Positions 8,846 through 18,838 of a DNA stretch of 64,000 bases are shown in pieces. Below the pieces are notes generated by a model. The model was not told the DNA's origin, searched no databases, and saw only the letters and a list, made by a program, of their open reading frames with translations. The position numbers and the translations under genes were made by a program. This stretch comes from Oligoflexia bacterium (GTDB lineage Bacteria > Bdellovibrionota > UBA1018). The stretch lies in NCBI GenBank assembly GCA_903881565.1, contig CAIRTR010000299.1:2645-66644 (forward strand), given 5' to 3'. Each line of letters starts with the position of its first letter. The first letter of the stretch is position 1.

Positions 8846-9153
8846 TTGAGATGCCCCTCTTTCGTTTTTTCGTGGTCGACAGAGTCTTTCTGCGCCAGCT
8901 CCGTTACTCGCATTATGTTCCGTTGTCATCTATTACATCGGCCGTGCCAACAAAAAATTGATTAAAGATTTCAACATAATCTCTAATCTAGGACCCCTAA
9001 ACCCAAAGGGATGAGGGGTCCTATGAGTAATTATTTCATAGTGGTTTCATAAGGCTAGAAAATATTACACCACTTTGCTTGACGCGGAGCGGCATAAAAT
9101 GTAAAATAATATTTATAAACGGGGTATCTCACTGTAAGAAGGCGGGGTTTTTT

Positions 9154-9708
9154 ATGTCACGCAGTACGAAGGTTTATGAGTTATGGAAACGCCATTTTGA
9201 CGCGCATGGTGTCATTTTGGGAATTTCACTTATTCTTTACGCTGTGAGCACCTTGAGTGCCCTCAAGCCCCAGGCCTCATATGCCTCCGGATCAGCAAGC
9301 CTCATGTTAGCGGCATTTGTATCAGGTTCTGCCAATGTCAGTGTTTCTCGTGGTACCTCGCTTAACCGCGTGGTGCCCTGGGCGACTTGGAGAGGAGACG
9401 GCAGTGCCGCTGGTGATTTTGAGGTGTTGCACCTAACAGGTTCGAGCAATTTGCAGGACGGGTTTTTTGTCAGTCTCAATTCGAACTTTTCTTCAAATGC
9501 TTCTGGGCAGCCTAACCGATCTCCCGCCTACTCCATTAACTTGGTAGGGGAGAAGGGGAGTTCGCCTGAGAAATCCGAGTCCGTTTTCATGGCAGGAGCC
9601 TCTCGCCACGCGATGAAACAGGATATTTCGATTCGCTTTCGGGGCGGCCCTGAGGTCCAGAGAAGCGGATTTTCTGATCGACTTGTCGTCACGGTTGCGG
9701 CACCTTGA
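9154..9708 (+). CDS. SCPU-domain fimbrial subunit (minor pilin-like)
   Basis: Signal-like N-terminus and a C-terminal ...FSDRLVVTVAAP beta-strand motif. First gene of the chaperone-usher operon. Confidence 0.55.
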   Translation: MSRSTKVYELWKRHFDAHGVILGISLILYAVSTLSALKPQASYASGSASLMLAAFVSGSANVSVSRGTSLNRVVPWATWRGDGSAAGDFEVLHLTGSSNLQDGFFVSLNSNFSSNASGQPNRSPAYSINLVGEKGSSPEKSESVFMAGASRHAMKQDISIRFRGGPEVQRSGFSDRLVVTVAAP

Positions 9709-9712
9709 GGGC

Positions 9713-10519
9713 ATGAGTAGCGCGTTCACACAAAAACAGGTTATAAGAAAACAGGTAAAACATCAGATCGGTTTGGGGGCTATTTTCCTGGCCTTTGCCA
9801 CGGTCGTTTCACTGGCCGTTTCCCCAGGTGCCTTTGCTTTTACCTTGACCCCCATGTCTGTGAGTTTCGAGCCTTCGGGAAAAGGCGCGACTCAAGCATT
9901 CGTGATTGAAAATGATTCGGCCGAGAAGATCCCTATTCAGGTCTCAATCGCCCAACGCTTGATTACGGCAGAGGGAGAGGAGACCAATCCCGAGCCTCCC
10001 GAGCTTGAAAATCTTTTTTTGGTTTTCCCCTCCCAAATGATTTTAGAGCCTAAAGAAAAGCGCACCGTCCGGGTGAGCTGGAAAGGGGCTTCTCAGCCCA
10101 CCAGTGAACTCGCGTATCGGATTATTGCCGAGCAGTTGCCCGTGGATACGCAGAAGCCTAAGAATGAGCAAAAGACAGGGGCAATGATTCATGTGCTCTT
10201 TCGGTATGTGGGGTCGATTTACATTACCCCCTCTGGTTTAAAGCCTGATTTAAAGGTGTCGGCTGAAGCGGTACAAGGTCCCAAGAAAGTGCGAAAACTT
10301 CTCGTCCGAATTCAGAACAAGGGCGGGGCACATCTCGTCTTGTCTCGCATGAAACTTGTGCTGAGTTCCGGTTCCAAAGAAGTGGTTTTGAAGGGGGATG
10401 CGCTCAAGGCTTTTGAGGGGCAAAACATGCTGGCGGGGCTTACGCGTCGATTTACTTTTCCTTGGCCGGAGGGCTTGAATGTCACGGGACTCTCGGCCGT
10501 TCTAAAGTCTGATGACTAA
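9713..10519 (+). CDS. Periplasmic pilus-assembly chaperone (PapD/CsuC-like)
   Basis: Signal peptide, then an FTLTPMSVSFEPSGKGATQAFVIENDS... Ig-like N-domain typical of PapD-family chaperones. Sits between the pilin and the usher. Confidence 0.8.
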   Translation: MSSAFTQKQVIRKQVKHQIGLGAIFLAFATVVSLAVSPGAFAFTLTPMSVSFEPSGKGATQAFVIENDSAEKIPIQVSIAQRLITAEGEETNPEPPELENLFLVFPSQMILEPKEKRTVRVSWKGASQPTSELAYRIIAEQLPVDTQKPKNEQKTGAMIHVLFRYVGSIYITPSGLKPDLKVSAEAVQGPKKVRKLLVRIQNKGGAHLVLSRMKLVLSSGSKEVVLKGDALKAFEGQNMLAGLTRRFTFPWPEGLNVTGLSAVLKSDD

Positions 10520-10535
10520 AACGTGAAATGTAGAG

Positions 10536-12992
10536 ATGAATAGCGTTTTAATTTTATCACTCACTTTCCTGTTTGTCGCAGCTCCTGTCTGGGCCAAAGG
10601 GCCTCAGATTCAGCCTATTCCCGTGCTTATTGATCGTTACAACGTGGGTGAAGTCGAGTGCGTTTTGCCCGAGGGGACAAAACTCAAAGTCCGATTTAGT
10701 GGACTGGAACCTTTGCTTTCTGAAAAGATTGAATCCCTGGTTCTGCAACGTCTGAATGAGAGGGCGAGGCTTGGCACCCCTGCTGGTTTTTTGGATGAGG
10801 AGGCATTTTCAGAATCCGGACTCGTCGTTCGTTTCGATGCTTCAAAGGTCGAGCTTCAAGTGGAGATTCCGGCCTTCTTGCGAAAACCGCAGCTTCATTC
10901 GTTTCTCTATGCTCAAGAGGAGCACATCTATCGCAATCCATTGTATCCCAGTGACTTCAGCGCTTATGTGAATGCCTTTGGGAACGAGGATTTTGTCTGG
11001 AATCAGACGTACGGCGTGAATGGTCGGCAACCCGTGAATCTTCAGTTCGAATCGGCTGCCAATGCCAAGGCCTGGGTACTGGAGGGACAGGCAGGATATA
11101 TCGAGTCCAAAACGACTCCATCGTGGCAGCGCGGCGATGTTCGCGTTGTTCGCGATTTGCCAGAAAAGCAGGTTCGTTTCGCAGGCGGTGATTTGAATTT
11201 TCCCGTCACCGGTTATCAGCGTTTTCGTCCGATGGCGGGAGTCATGGCCACTCGCAATTTTGATTTAAGGCCAACCCAGCTGAGTTTTCCAGTTGCGGAG
11301 CGGGAAATTTTTCTGAAGAATCGATCCACGGTTCGGGTTTACGTTAATGGTAACCTCGTGCGTACTTTGGATTTAGAAGCCGGCAGACACAAACTCACCG
11401 AACTGCCCTTGGGCGGTGGCGTGAGTGTGGTGCGCCTGGAGATTGATGATATTTTGGGGCGACATGAAACGATGCTTTTGGATTATGCCTGGGAATCCGA
11501 GCTTCTCAGGCCCGGGGTTTCTCAATTTACTTATGCCTTAGGGGTTCCTTCTGAGCGTGAGGGGGCACATTACAAGTATTCATCTAATGCCCTTACCGCA
11601 TCAGTCTCGCATCGGCTGGGCCTTACCGATCGCTTTACGGTGGGCCTAAATGGGCAAGGGGATCATACGCAATCCGTATTTGGCGTTGATCTTTCATGGG
11701 CTACGCCCATCGGTACTTGGAATCTTGACCCTGCTTATTCGCTTAAGTTCGGAGGCGTGCAAGGCGGGGCGTTTGCGGCAGCCTTGGCATCTAGACTGCG
11801 CTACACTTTCACGGATTACCAGGGGTATCGCTCGTCACCTCGCAGTCTGAGTATGGCGTTTGAAAAGATGGGAGAAAACTTTTTGCCACTCGGAATGCTT
11901 TCGCCGCTTAATCCGATATCCCAGAATTATTCAGCGCTTTATAGTCAGCAGCTTTGGATGTTGTGTGGGGCCTCTGTGGGATTTGATTATTCGTGGGCTC
12001 GCCCCAATTATGGATATGCGGCGAATCCTCGCTCAGTTAATTTGACCCTGAATCGCACATTTTTTTCGTCTCTGCAGAGCAGTGTCACGTTTAATGTGAA
12101 ACGCATGGAGAGTGCGCAGAATGAGCAAAGCGTGTTTCTCCTTTTGAGCCAGGCTTTTCCGGGGACCAACCAGTATGTGAATGCGGCGGTTGATACGCAA
12201 TCCAAGTCTTCTCATCTGGATTGGAGTACGGGCTCTCCGTCAGAGCCAGGGCGCGCTAATTTTGGGGCGCGCGTGGACGACACCTCCGGGACGAAAACCG
12301 GAGAGGTCCGTGCGGACTATACCGCAAATCGCATGCAGCTCGGGACGACGCAGACGGCGCTGCGATCTCCCTCATCGGCAAACACGAGTTATCGCTCAGC
12401 GCTGCGCGCGCAAACGGCGCTGGTTTTTGCGGGAGGACATCTGGCTTGGAGTCGCGTGGTGCGGGATAGTTTTGTGCTGGTCACACCGAATGATCGGCTA
12501 AGCAGCGAGATCATCGCGCTTAATCCCTCCAGCGATTCTCATTATCGTGCACGGGCGGATGGGTTAGGGGCGGGCGTGATTTCGGATCTTGCGTCTTATC
12601 GCCCCAGTGAGTTGCAGTTGGATCCCTCGATGGTCAGCCCTGGCTTATCGCTGGGCGAAGAGCGCTTCACGCTACTTCCTACCTATAAAAGCGGAACTTA
12701 TTTGAAAGTGGGGACCGATTCGGATCTGATTTTGTCGGGGACGCTTCAAACGTTTGAAGGAGCGCCGCTAGGGCTGGTCTCGGGTGAGATTGCGTGTCTG
12801 AGTGATACGAAGTGGAAAAATGTGACCTTTTTTACGACGCGTCAGGGGCGGTTTAAATTGGATGGATTCAAGTCCGGTTTATACGTGATTCGCCTGTTTG
12901 ATGAAAAGTGGGATACGAAGGCTTTTGAAATTCCCGCCCATCCGTCGGGGATTTTTGAAGTAGGCAAACTTCAGATGAGGAGTATTAAATGA
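10536..12992 (+). CDS. Fimbrial outer-membrane usher (CsuD/PapC-like)
   Basis: 818 aa with a signal peptide; length and neighbourhood are typical of usher porins. A 4-nt overlap with the downstream adhesin-like gene. Confidence 0.85.
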   Translation: MNSVLILSLTFLFVAAPVWAKGPQIQPIPVLIDRYNVGEVECVLPEGTKLKVRFSGLEPLLSEKIESLVLQRLNERARLGTPAGFLDEEAFSESGLVVRFDASKVELQVEIPAFLRKPQLHSFLYAQEEHIYRNPLYPSDFSAYVNAFGNEDFVWNQTYGVNGRQPVNLQFESAANAKAWVLEGQAGYIESKTTPSWQRGDVRVVRDLPEKQVRFAGGDLNFPVTGYQRFRPMAGVMATRNFDLRPTQLSFPVAEREIFLKNRSTVRVYVNGNLVRTLDLEAGRHKLTELPLGGGVSVVRLEIDDILGRHETMLLDYAWESELLRPGVSQFTYALGVPSEREGAHYKYSSNALTASVSHRLGLTDRFTVGLNGQGDHTQSVFGVDLSWATPIGTWNLDPAYSLKFGGVQGGAFAAALASRLRYTFTDYQGYRSSPRSLSMAFEKMGENFLPLGMLSPLNPISQNYSALYSQQLWMLCGASVGFDYSWARPNYGYAANPRSVNLTLNRTFFSSLQSSVTFNVKRMESAQNEQSVFLLLSQAFPGTNQYVNAAVDTQSKSSHLDWSTGSPSEPGRANFGARVDDTSGTKTGEVRADYTANRMQLGTTQTALRSPSSANTSYRSALRAQTALVFAGGHLAWSRVVRDSFVLVTPNDRLSSEIIALNPSSDSHYRARADGLGAGVISDLASYRPSELQLDPSMVSPGLSLGEERFTLLPTYKSGTYLKVGTDSDLILSGTLQTFEGAPLGLVSGEIACLSDTKWKNVTFFTTRQGRFKLDGFKSGLYVIRLFDEKWDTKAFEIPAHPSGIFEVGKLQMRSIK

Positions 12993-13939
12993 GATCAGCT
13001 CTGTTTGTGTTGGGGGCTTTGTTTTTTGGGCTAGGGACAGAAGAGTGCTTTGCGGCTACCTGTAACCCGAATATCATCGCAAGTAGCGTTGTCGCGACGT
13101 GGAACTCAAGTTACTCATCGCAAGCGGTTACGTTTAGTGTGACCAATAATTCAAAGAATGCGTGTCAGTATTATTTGGGTTTTTCGCATGGAGGGGGGGC
13201 AGACTATGCTTCTCGGCGTTTAGTCAGTGGTGTTGATACGATCGGTTACCAACTTTACGGCGACGCGGGCTTGGGGTCTGTTCTAAAGACTCCGCCTGAT
13301 ACTCTTTCAAGTTCCGAAGTATTGGTGGGAGAATTTTTCCATACGGCAAGTCCAGGGGCTGTCCAAACGTTTACCTACTACCTCTCCGTGCCGCAAGCCG
13401 GGGTGTCCTCTCCGACTTGGAGGCGCTCTGGGACCTATGCGGATACCTTCACGATTCGCTTGTATAAGGGGTCTTTTGCTCCGGGAGCCGCCACGTCATC
13501 TGATTCGCAAAGCGTAACGATCAGCATGGTTATGCCGAAAATTATTCAGCTGGCGATGGTTCCTACCGGAGGCGCGTTTGATTCGGGTGCCACGGCGCTC
13601 TCGATGAATTTTGGGACGTTGGTCAACGGTGCGCAGGCGAGTTTTGATCTTCGCGTGACGACAAACGCAGGCTATGCCGTGTCGGTCTCTTCGACAAATG
13701 GGGGCGTGATGAAACATCAAAACCCGGCGGTGACGACGACCGTTCCGTATCAGCTCAATGTTTCTGGCAGTCCTGTGACGCTTTCGGGAGTCACTCCGGT
13801 GACGGTCTTAACGGGTGGCGGCCAAACGGCCACCGGTGGAGTGGTCGCACCCGTGGCGGTGACGGTGCTGGCCGTGGATAACCGGCTTGCCGGGTCGTAT
13901 AGTGATGTGATTCAGGTATCGGTTGCGACGACGGAGTGA
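12989..13939 (+). CDS. SCPU-domain tip adhesin-like subunit (CsuE-like)
   Basis: Signal peptide. A two-domain secreted protein ending ...SYSDVIQVSVATTE, a SCPU-like C-terminal strand. Last gene of the usher operon. Confidence 0.6.
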   Translation: MRSALFVLGALFFGLGTEECFAATCNPNIIASSVVATWNSSYSSQAVTFSVTNNSKNACQYYLGFSHGGGADYASRRLVSGVDTIGYQLYGDAGLGSVLKTPPDTLSSSEVLVGEFFHTASPGAVQTFTYYLSVPQAGVSSPTWRRSGTYADTFTIRLYKGSFAPGAATSSDSQSVTISMVMPKIIQLAMVPTGGAFDSGATALSMNFGTLVNGAQASFDLRVTTNAGYAVSVSSTNGGVMKHQNPAVTTTVPYQLNVSGSPVTLSGVTPVTVLTGGGQTATGGVVAPVAVTVLAVDNRLAGSYSDVIQVSVATTE

Positions 13940-13993
13940 GGATGTCAAAAACTGATCGCTAAACACTTTCGCATTGAATGCCGAAACGTTGAC

Positions 13994-14410
13994 ATGGCAG
14001 CCGACGAAGTGAAAAGCCAATCGAGACATATTTTTAAGTCGGATGACGAGGTTCTCCTCCAATCACTTAAAGAATTCAAGAATGAGCGAGCCATATTTGT
14101 TCAGGAAGTTATCGAAGTTGATGGCGGATTCGCGTTTAGCGAAAGGCATTTTTTTGATCAGCACGCGGATATGAGTAAGTGGCTCTGGGATATACCGGGA
14201 ACCTCGAAATACGTGGCCGTCGCAGTGAGTGATACCGAGCAGATGCTGACCTATAGCGGAAAGAAGTTCGTAATGTCATATGCGAATATTGCTAGCAAGC
14301 CTGAAGTCACCTATTACGCGTCCTTCTCCAAGTTGCCGAAGTACAAGATCAACGAGAGCGCATTGAAAGAATCAGTTTCTGAAATTGTTAGCAGTCTTAA
14401 AGGCGAATGA
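13994..14410 (+). CDS. Hypothetical protein, 138 aa
   Basis: ORF only; no recognisable motifs. Lower GC than the flanks. Convergent and overlapping with the next ORF. Confidence 0.4.
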   Translation: MAADEVKSQSRHIFKSDDEVLLQSLKEFKNERAIFVQEVIEVDGGFAFSERHFFDQHADMSKWLWDIPGTSKYVAVAVSDTEQMLTYSGKKFVMSYANIASKPEVTYYASFSKLPKYKINESALKESVSEIVSSLKGE

Positions 14411-14777
14411 GCATTTGAAACTCTCGCTTTGCGAGATCTTTAAGTAGGGATCCTTTTTCTGCGGAGTTCAAAGTGGCGTATTCTTCTTCGATGAAACGGA
14501 GAATGTGCCGCACGAAAAGATAGATCCGGCCATAAAACTCGCTGTCTTCGCCCTCCCATTGATTTGAGTCTGTCTGTTGTTCCGCGAGATAAATGTAAGA
14601 CCCTGTTCGCCTGTCCCGAGCTACTAAGTGAAGAGCTATGTTGCCATTGGAGTTTTCGGCCCGTATGAGATCAAATTCGACTTCAACTGTCGGTCTTTTT
14701 AATTGAGGATTATCGCTCCTGACTTTTGAGGTGAGGCAGCTTACTATATTCCGAGTTTGGGAGGGCAAGTCGTGCAT
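14397..14777 (-). CDS. Hypothetical protein, 126 aa
   Basis: ORF only; no recognisable motifs. 14-nt convergent overlap with the 13994..14410 ORF. Confidence 0.4.
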   Translation of the reverse strand: MHDLPSQTRNIVSCLTSKVRSDNPQLKRPTVEVEFDLIRAENSNGNIALHLVARDRRTGSYIYLAEQQTDSNQWEGEDSEFYGRIYLFVRHILRFIEEEYATLNSAEKGSLLKDLAKREFQMLIRL

Positions 14778-14887
14778 TCTCGGTGCGTATGCGATCCCTG
14801 GGCCAATTGTGGGTAATCAATGGAGTCCTTAGTCGGTGTCGCTAACTTTTCGGTTTAAAGCGGTAATTCCTTTCGATCTGAATACAT

Positions 14888-16552
14888 TTGATTTTGGTAG
14901 CGCCTGTTTCTGAGCTCCGGAAGTCGTACATCCGGAGGTGGAAGCGGACCCTGGAGGTGAGGGTGCCAAATTTCTGGCAGTTTTCGCTCCCAAAGCTCGA
15001 AATTCCTCTTTGTCAGCTTAATTCATTAAGTGCATTCGATCTAAATTTATTCAGTTTTTCTCCCGATGAGTCCTTCGAGGGGGATCGCCTGAAAACGCCG
15101 TTTTGTAACCATCTTGCTGGTCTGATTTTGAGCCTAATGCTTTTGGGATTTGGAATCTCGGGCGCAATTGCGGGCCCAAAGCAAGCTGCGCCTAAGCAAG
15201 CTGCGCCCATTGATCAGGAAAAAGCACTTTTGATTCTGAATCCACATGATGCCCTTTCGGTTCGCGCTGATTTGTTCGCAAGTGCACAGAAAACTATCAC
15301 TTATTGCGTTTACGGCTTTTCCAACGATGCGACGGGTTTGGAAATGCTCACCCTGCTTCGCGATGCGCGCAGGCGTGGGGTTGCGGTGCGATTGATCGTC
15401 GATTACATGCACAACGAACTTCCCGTATCGATGATGCTCCATTTGAAGAATGAGGGCATCGAAATTCGTGAGTATCACGCACCCTCGTTTATGCGCCCAA
15501 GGGATTTCGGGAAGCGAATGCATGACAAGTTTATCGAAGTCGACACTGTTCACTCGATTACGGGCGATCGCAATGTGGGGGATATTTATTTTGGGCGAAC
15601 GGCCTCGCAATCAATGGTGAGTCGGGATGTGTATCTCTACGATCCTTTGCATGCGAGTGCCGCGCGAGAACATGCGGATCGCCTCTGGGCGAGCGAAGAG
15701 GTCACGCCTCCGAAACTCAAAGAGGTCACCGCCTATGACCTGAATGCGGCAAAGGATCGCCTTGATTTTGCGCGTAAGCGCTTGGTGGAACGCAAGCTCA
15801 TCAACAATCTGGGGTCACGCTCAGATCGATGGCTCAAGCATGCATTTAACGTAAAGAGCACTGAGTTTTTTTATGACAATCCCGGCCTTAAGGGCAAGCA
15901 GCCTGGAGCTGCAGAACGCGTCTTAGAAGGGATTCGAAAGGCGAAAGTCTCGCTGGTAATTGAAAATCCGTATATCGTGCTCTCGCCCGAATTTTTTCAG
16001 GAGCTCAAGGCGGCCTCGGAGCGAGGCGTTTCGATTGAGGTGTACACCAATTCTCGAAAAAGCCTTGATGTGCCTCTTATTCAAGAGGCCTTGGAGGAGA
16101 GTAAGCGCCGTCTTGCGAAATTGGGAGCGACCATTTGGGAGCTTCCGGGTGAAAACGCCCTGATTGACAATATGGAAAATGGTGTTGTGATTGACAAAAA
16201 GAAACCAAGGCTTTTTAGGAGCGCGCATTCACCCAATTTTGAAAAAAGAGTTCCTAAGTGGATTCGCTCCCAAGATGGATCTTCGCTTCATGCGAAAACC
16301 ATGATCGTCGATGGGGAGACCTCTTTTGTCATGTCATTGAATTTTGACCCTCGTTCTCACAAATTAAATACCGAAGTGGGGAGTATTATCGAAGGCAAAG
16401 AATTCGCAGCCGATCTACGCAAGGGGCAGATCGAAACACGAAGCAAGTCGGGCTACCTTTTTTTTGCTGACCACGGTCTGGTGCTTTGGCGTGACGATGA
16501 GGGGAGTTGTTTGCGGAAGGTGCTGAGTGTACTGTTGCGGAGTCATTTTTAG
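14888..16552 (+). CDS. Phospholipase D-family protein with two HKD motifs (PLD/cardiolipin-synthase-like)
   Basis: Two HxKxxxxD motifs: MHDKFIEVD and LHAKTMIVDGE. Hydrophobic segment LAGLILSLMLLGFGISGAIAG. The start is uncertain; the internal ATG at 15137 (MLLGFGISG...) is an alternative. Confidence 0.75.
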   Translation: MILVAPVSELRKSYIRRWKRTLEVRVPNFWQFSLPKLEIPLCQLNSLSAFDLNLFSFSPDESFEGDRLKTPFCNHLAGLILSLMLLGFGISGAIAGPKQAAPKQAAPIDQEKALLILNPHDALSVRADLFASAQKTITYCVYGFSNDATGLEMLTLLRDARRRGVAVRLIVDYMHNELPVSMMLHLKNEGIEIREYHAPSFMRPRDFGKRMHDKFIEVDTVHSITGDRNVGDIYFGRTASQSMVSRDVYLYDPLHASAAREHADRLWASEEVTPPKLKEVTAYDLNAAKDRLDFARKRLVERKLINNLGSRSDRWLKHAFNVKSTEFFYDNPGLKGKQPGAAERVLEGIRKAKVSLVIENPYIVLSPEFFQELKAASERGVSIEVYTNSRKSLDVPLIQEALEESKRRLAKLGATIWELPGENALIDNMENGVVIDKKKPRLFRSAHSPNFEKRVPKWIRSQDGSSLHAKTMIVDGETSFVMSLNFDPRSHKLNTEVGSIIEGKEFAADLRKGQIETRSKSGYLFFADHGLVLWRDDEGSCLRKVLSVLLRSHF

Positions 16553-16559
16553 GTTGGGC

Positions 16560-17615
16560 TTAGAACCCAACCCCAAAACCGAGACAATAGTTATGCTCTT
16601 GCGCGATTTGAGTCAGGTTGATCGATAAAGTTTGATAGCGAAGATCGATGAAATAATTGAGCTTAGATTGTGGCTTTTTGAGTCTCGTCTTGAGTCCGAG
16701 TTCAATCCAATGATTTGAGCCGAGGGCTAAAAAGGTGAGTCCGCCCCCTGAAATCAAACCGTATGAGAACCGAGGTTCAAGGTTCACGGTTTTACCAATG
16801 GAAAAAACTGATGCCAGGCTGCCGTAAATGCCGCTGTAAAGACTGATTCCTGTGGTGGCGCCTGAAACGGATCCGAGATGATAACCTAGGTCTAAATGAA
16901 GGGTGGGGCGGTTGATCTTTTTGATGAGGTCATAACCCGCAAAAATCAGAAGGCGAAGATCTGATGTCGAAGTTTGGCTGCTCCTGTTTGTAAGGGCGAT
17001 GAGAGATGAGGCAAGTGAGGTTCCGACGAGGGCGCGCTCTTTTAAGAAGGGGACGCTCACTTCAGCTTTCGCGCCTAGGGTTGATTGATTGATGGCCGCA
17101 TAGCCTGTTTCCAGATAGTTCGTGCGCGCAAACACGAGCTGGGTATCAAGATTAAAGGGGAGAACTCTCTTTTCAGTCACTGTTTCAGCCGGTGCTTTTG
17201 AGAGGTAAAAAAAGTTTCCGTAGGTTTTTCCCTTGTCGTCGATCATGACGAGCTCAATGTCCTGTGGGGTTTTTTCCATTTCAATAAGCGCTGAGAAATT
17301 TTGATCCGAGGCTTCAACAACTTTTTTGTTGATCACAAAGGATTGGAAGTTTCTTTTGAGTGCGCGGCCCTCAAGGAGAATTTCGTTGGGCGATTTAAGG
17401 ACGCAGTTTTTCCATTCAACCAGTGGCGAAATAGAAGTGCTCTTATCGAGAGAGAGCTGAAGGCGGCAAGCATCGTTTCGAAATGATTCTTTGAGCTTTG
17501 AGAGAGGTGGGGTTGAGGCTTTAGAAGGTGCGATCTTTGTGTCCGCGTGGAGGGGCTGGATAGCTGCGATGAACAGTCCAATCGTGCAAAGCGCGAGTAT
17601 CCGGCTTAAAGGCAT
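16560..17615 (-). CDS. Putative outer-membrane beta-barrel protein
   Basis: Signal peptide MPLSRILALCTIGLFIAAIQPLHA and a C-terminal ...CLGFGVGF aromatic terminus typical of OMPs. Confidence 0.5.
   Translation of the reverse strand: MPLSRILALCTIGLFIAAIQPLHADTKIAPSKASTPPLSKLKESFRNDACRLQLSLDKSTSISPLVEWKNCVLKSPNEILLEGRALKRNFQSFVINKKVVEASDQNFSALIEMEKTPQDIELVMIDDKGKTYGNFFYLSKAPAETVTEKRVLPFNLDTQLVFARTNYLETGYAAINQSTLGAKAEVSVPFLKERALVGTSLASSLIALTNRSSQTSTSDLRLLIFAGYDLIKKINRPTLHLDLGYHLGSVSGATTGISLYSGIYGSLASVFSIGKTVNLEPRFSYGLISGGGLTFLALGSNHWIELGLKTRLKKPQSKLNYFIDLRYQTLSINLTQIAQEHNYCLGFGVGF
17571..17595. repeat. Direct repeat copy 1 (GAACAGTCCAATCGTGCAAAGCGCG) within the 5' end of the OMP gene
   Basis: Near-identical (23/25) copy at 18814..18838. 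The two copies bracket the Fic gene. Confidence 0.6.
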
Positions 17616-17679
17616 AGCTAATTGTTACCTAAGGGGGTTTGCGGGTAAAGGGGTTTATCAAGAAAGTTGAAAAATGAAC

Positions 17680-18744
17680 TCATACTCGCTGATACCTCGT
17701 CGTACGTCCAGCGCCCTGACGCTTGATCAGTTTGAGTTCGAGTAAGCGATTTAGAATCTGCTTTGCTGTAACGGTCGGAATCGATAGTGCTTCAGCGACA
17801 AGCTTTGTTGAGATTTCATCTGCGTTGTCGAAAAGTGCCAGTGCTTGTTGCTGATTAGAGGAGAGTAGGGAATCCATAGGTGACTTTTCTAGAAAGCCTC
17901 GTAAAACCTCAATCTGCCTCATCATCGCATTGACAAAAAAACGCACCCAGCGCGCCATTTCAGCCTTTGGAGATTTGCCGTCCTTTTGAGCGGTGCGAAG
18001 CGCGATGTAGTATTCGGTTTTGTGGTCCTCGATGATCTTTTCGAGAGATGCGTAAGGAATGTAGGTGTATCCCGATTTTGCGAGCAGAAGGTTCGTTAGA
18101 ATTCGACTGAGCCGCCCATTGCCATCATGAAAAGGATGGATGGCCAAAAACTCGACAATGAAATTTGCGATGACGAGGATCGGATGAAATTCTTCAGCCT
18201 GAAGTTGCTTGCGGGTCCACTCGATGAGTTCGCGCATTTCTGCGGTGACCAAGTGAGGTTCAGTGGGGTTGAATAAAACGGTCTGGCCTCCTGCGCGATC
18301 AAATGCCACCACTTTGTTGGGGGTCGATTTGTATTTGCCTCGGCTTTGTTTATCTTTGTCAGAGAATTTCAGGAGCTGAGAGTGGAATTGAAGAATGACT
18401 CCTTCACTAAAAGGAATGTCCCTATAGGAGTCGAAAACAGTCTGCAACACTTCGGCATAGCCTGCGACTTCTTGCGAATCGCGGTCTTTAAGCTTACTTG
18501 TCTTCAGCCCCTTGAGGAGTTTTTCAACTTCTGTGTCTGAGAGGGTGCTCCCTTCGATACGTGTGGACGCACCGGTGGAGGTGATGACAATGCTCCGCTT
18601 GAGGCGCCCGAGTGCCTGCGGGTTTAGAGTCGAAGTCCCGCGCCACCAGCCTTTGAACTCATCAATCCTCGTGATTTTTGTTAGGATGGAGGAGAGGTCT
18701 TTGCTGGACATGTTTTGCAGGCGCTGGCTTAATCGGTTCCTCAT
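17680..18744 (-). CDS. Fic/Doc-family protein (adenylyltransferase-type), with a DUF4172-like N-domain and a C-terminal winged HTH
   Basis: Canonical Fic motif HPFHDGNGRLSRIL (HPFx[D/E]GNGR). 354 aa. Confidence 0.9.
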   Translation of the reverse strand: MRNRLSQRLQNMSSKDLSSILTKITRIDEFKGWWRGTSTLNPQALGRLKRSIVITSTGASTRIEGSTLSDTEVEKLLKGLKTSKLKDRDSQEVAGYAEVLQTVFDSYRDIPFSEGVILQFHSQLLKFSDKDKQSRGKYKSTPNKVVAFDRAGGQTVLFNPTEPHLVTAEMRELIEWTRKQLQAEEFHPILVIANFIVEFLAIHPFHDGNGRLSRILTNLLLAKSGYTYIPYASLEKIIEDHKTEYYIALRTAQKDGKSPKAEMARWVRFFVNAMMRQIEVLRGFLEKSPMDSLLSSNQQQALALFDNADEISTKLVAEALSIPTVTAKQILNRLLELKLIKRQGAGRTTRYQRV

Positions 18745-18813
18745 AACTATATCCTATTATATCCGATTGTATCCGAAACGGGAATTCTTTTAGACGAGGG
18801 ATGGCGTTTACGT

Positions 18814-18838
18814 GAGCAGTCCAATCGTGCGAAGCGCG
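18814..18838. repeat. Direct repeat copy 2 (GAGCAGTCCAATCGTGCGAAGCGCG)
   Basis: Matches 17571..17595. Weaker similarity extends about 20 bp on both sides. Confidence 0.6.
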
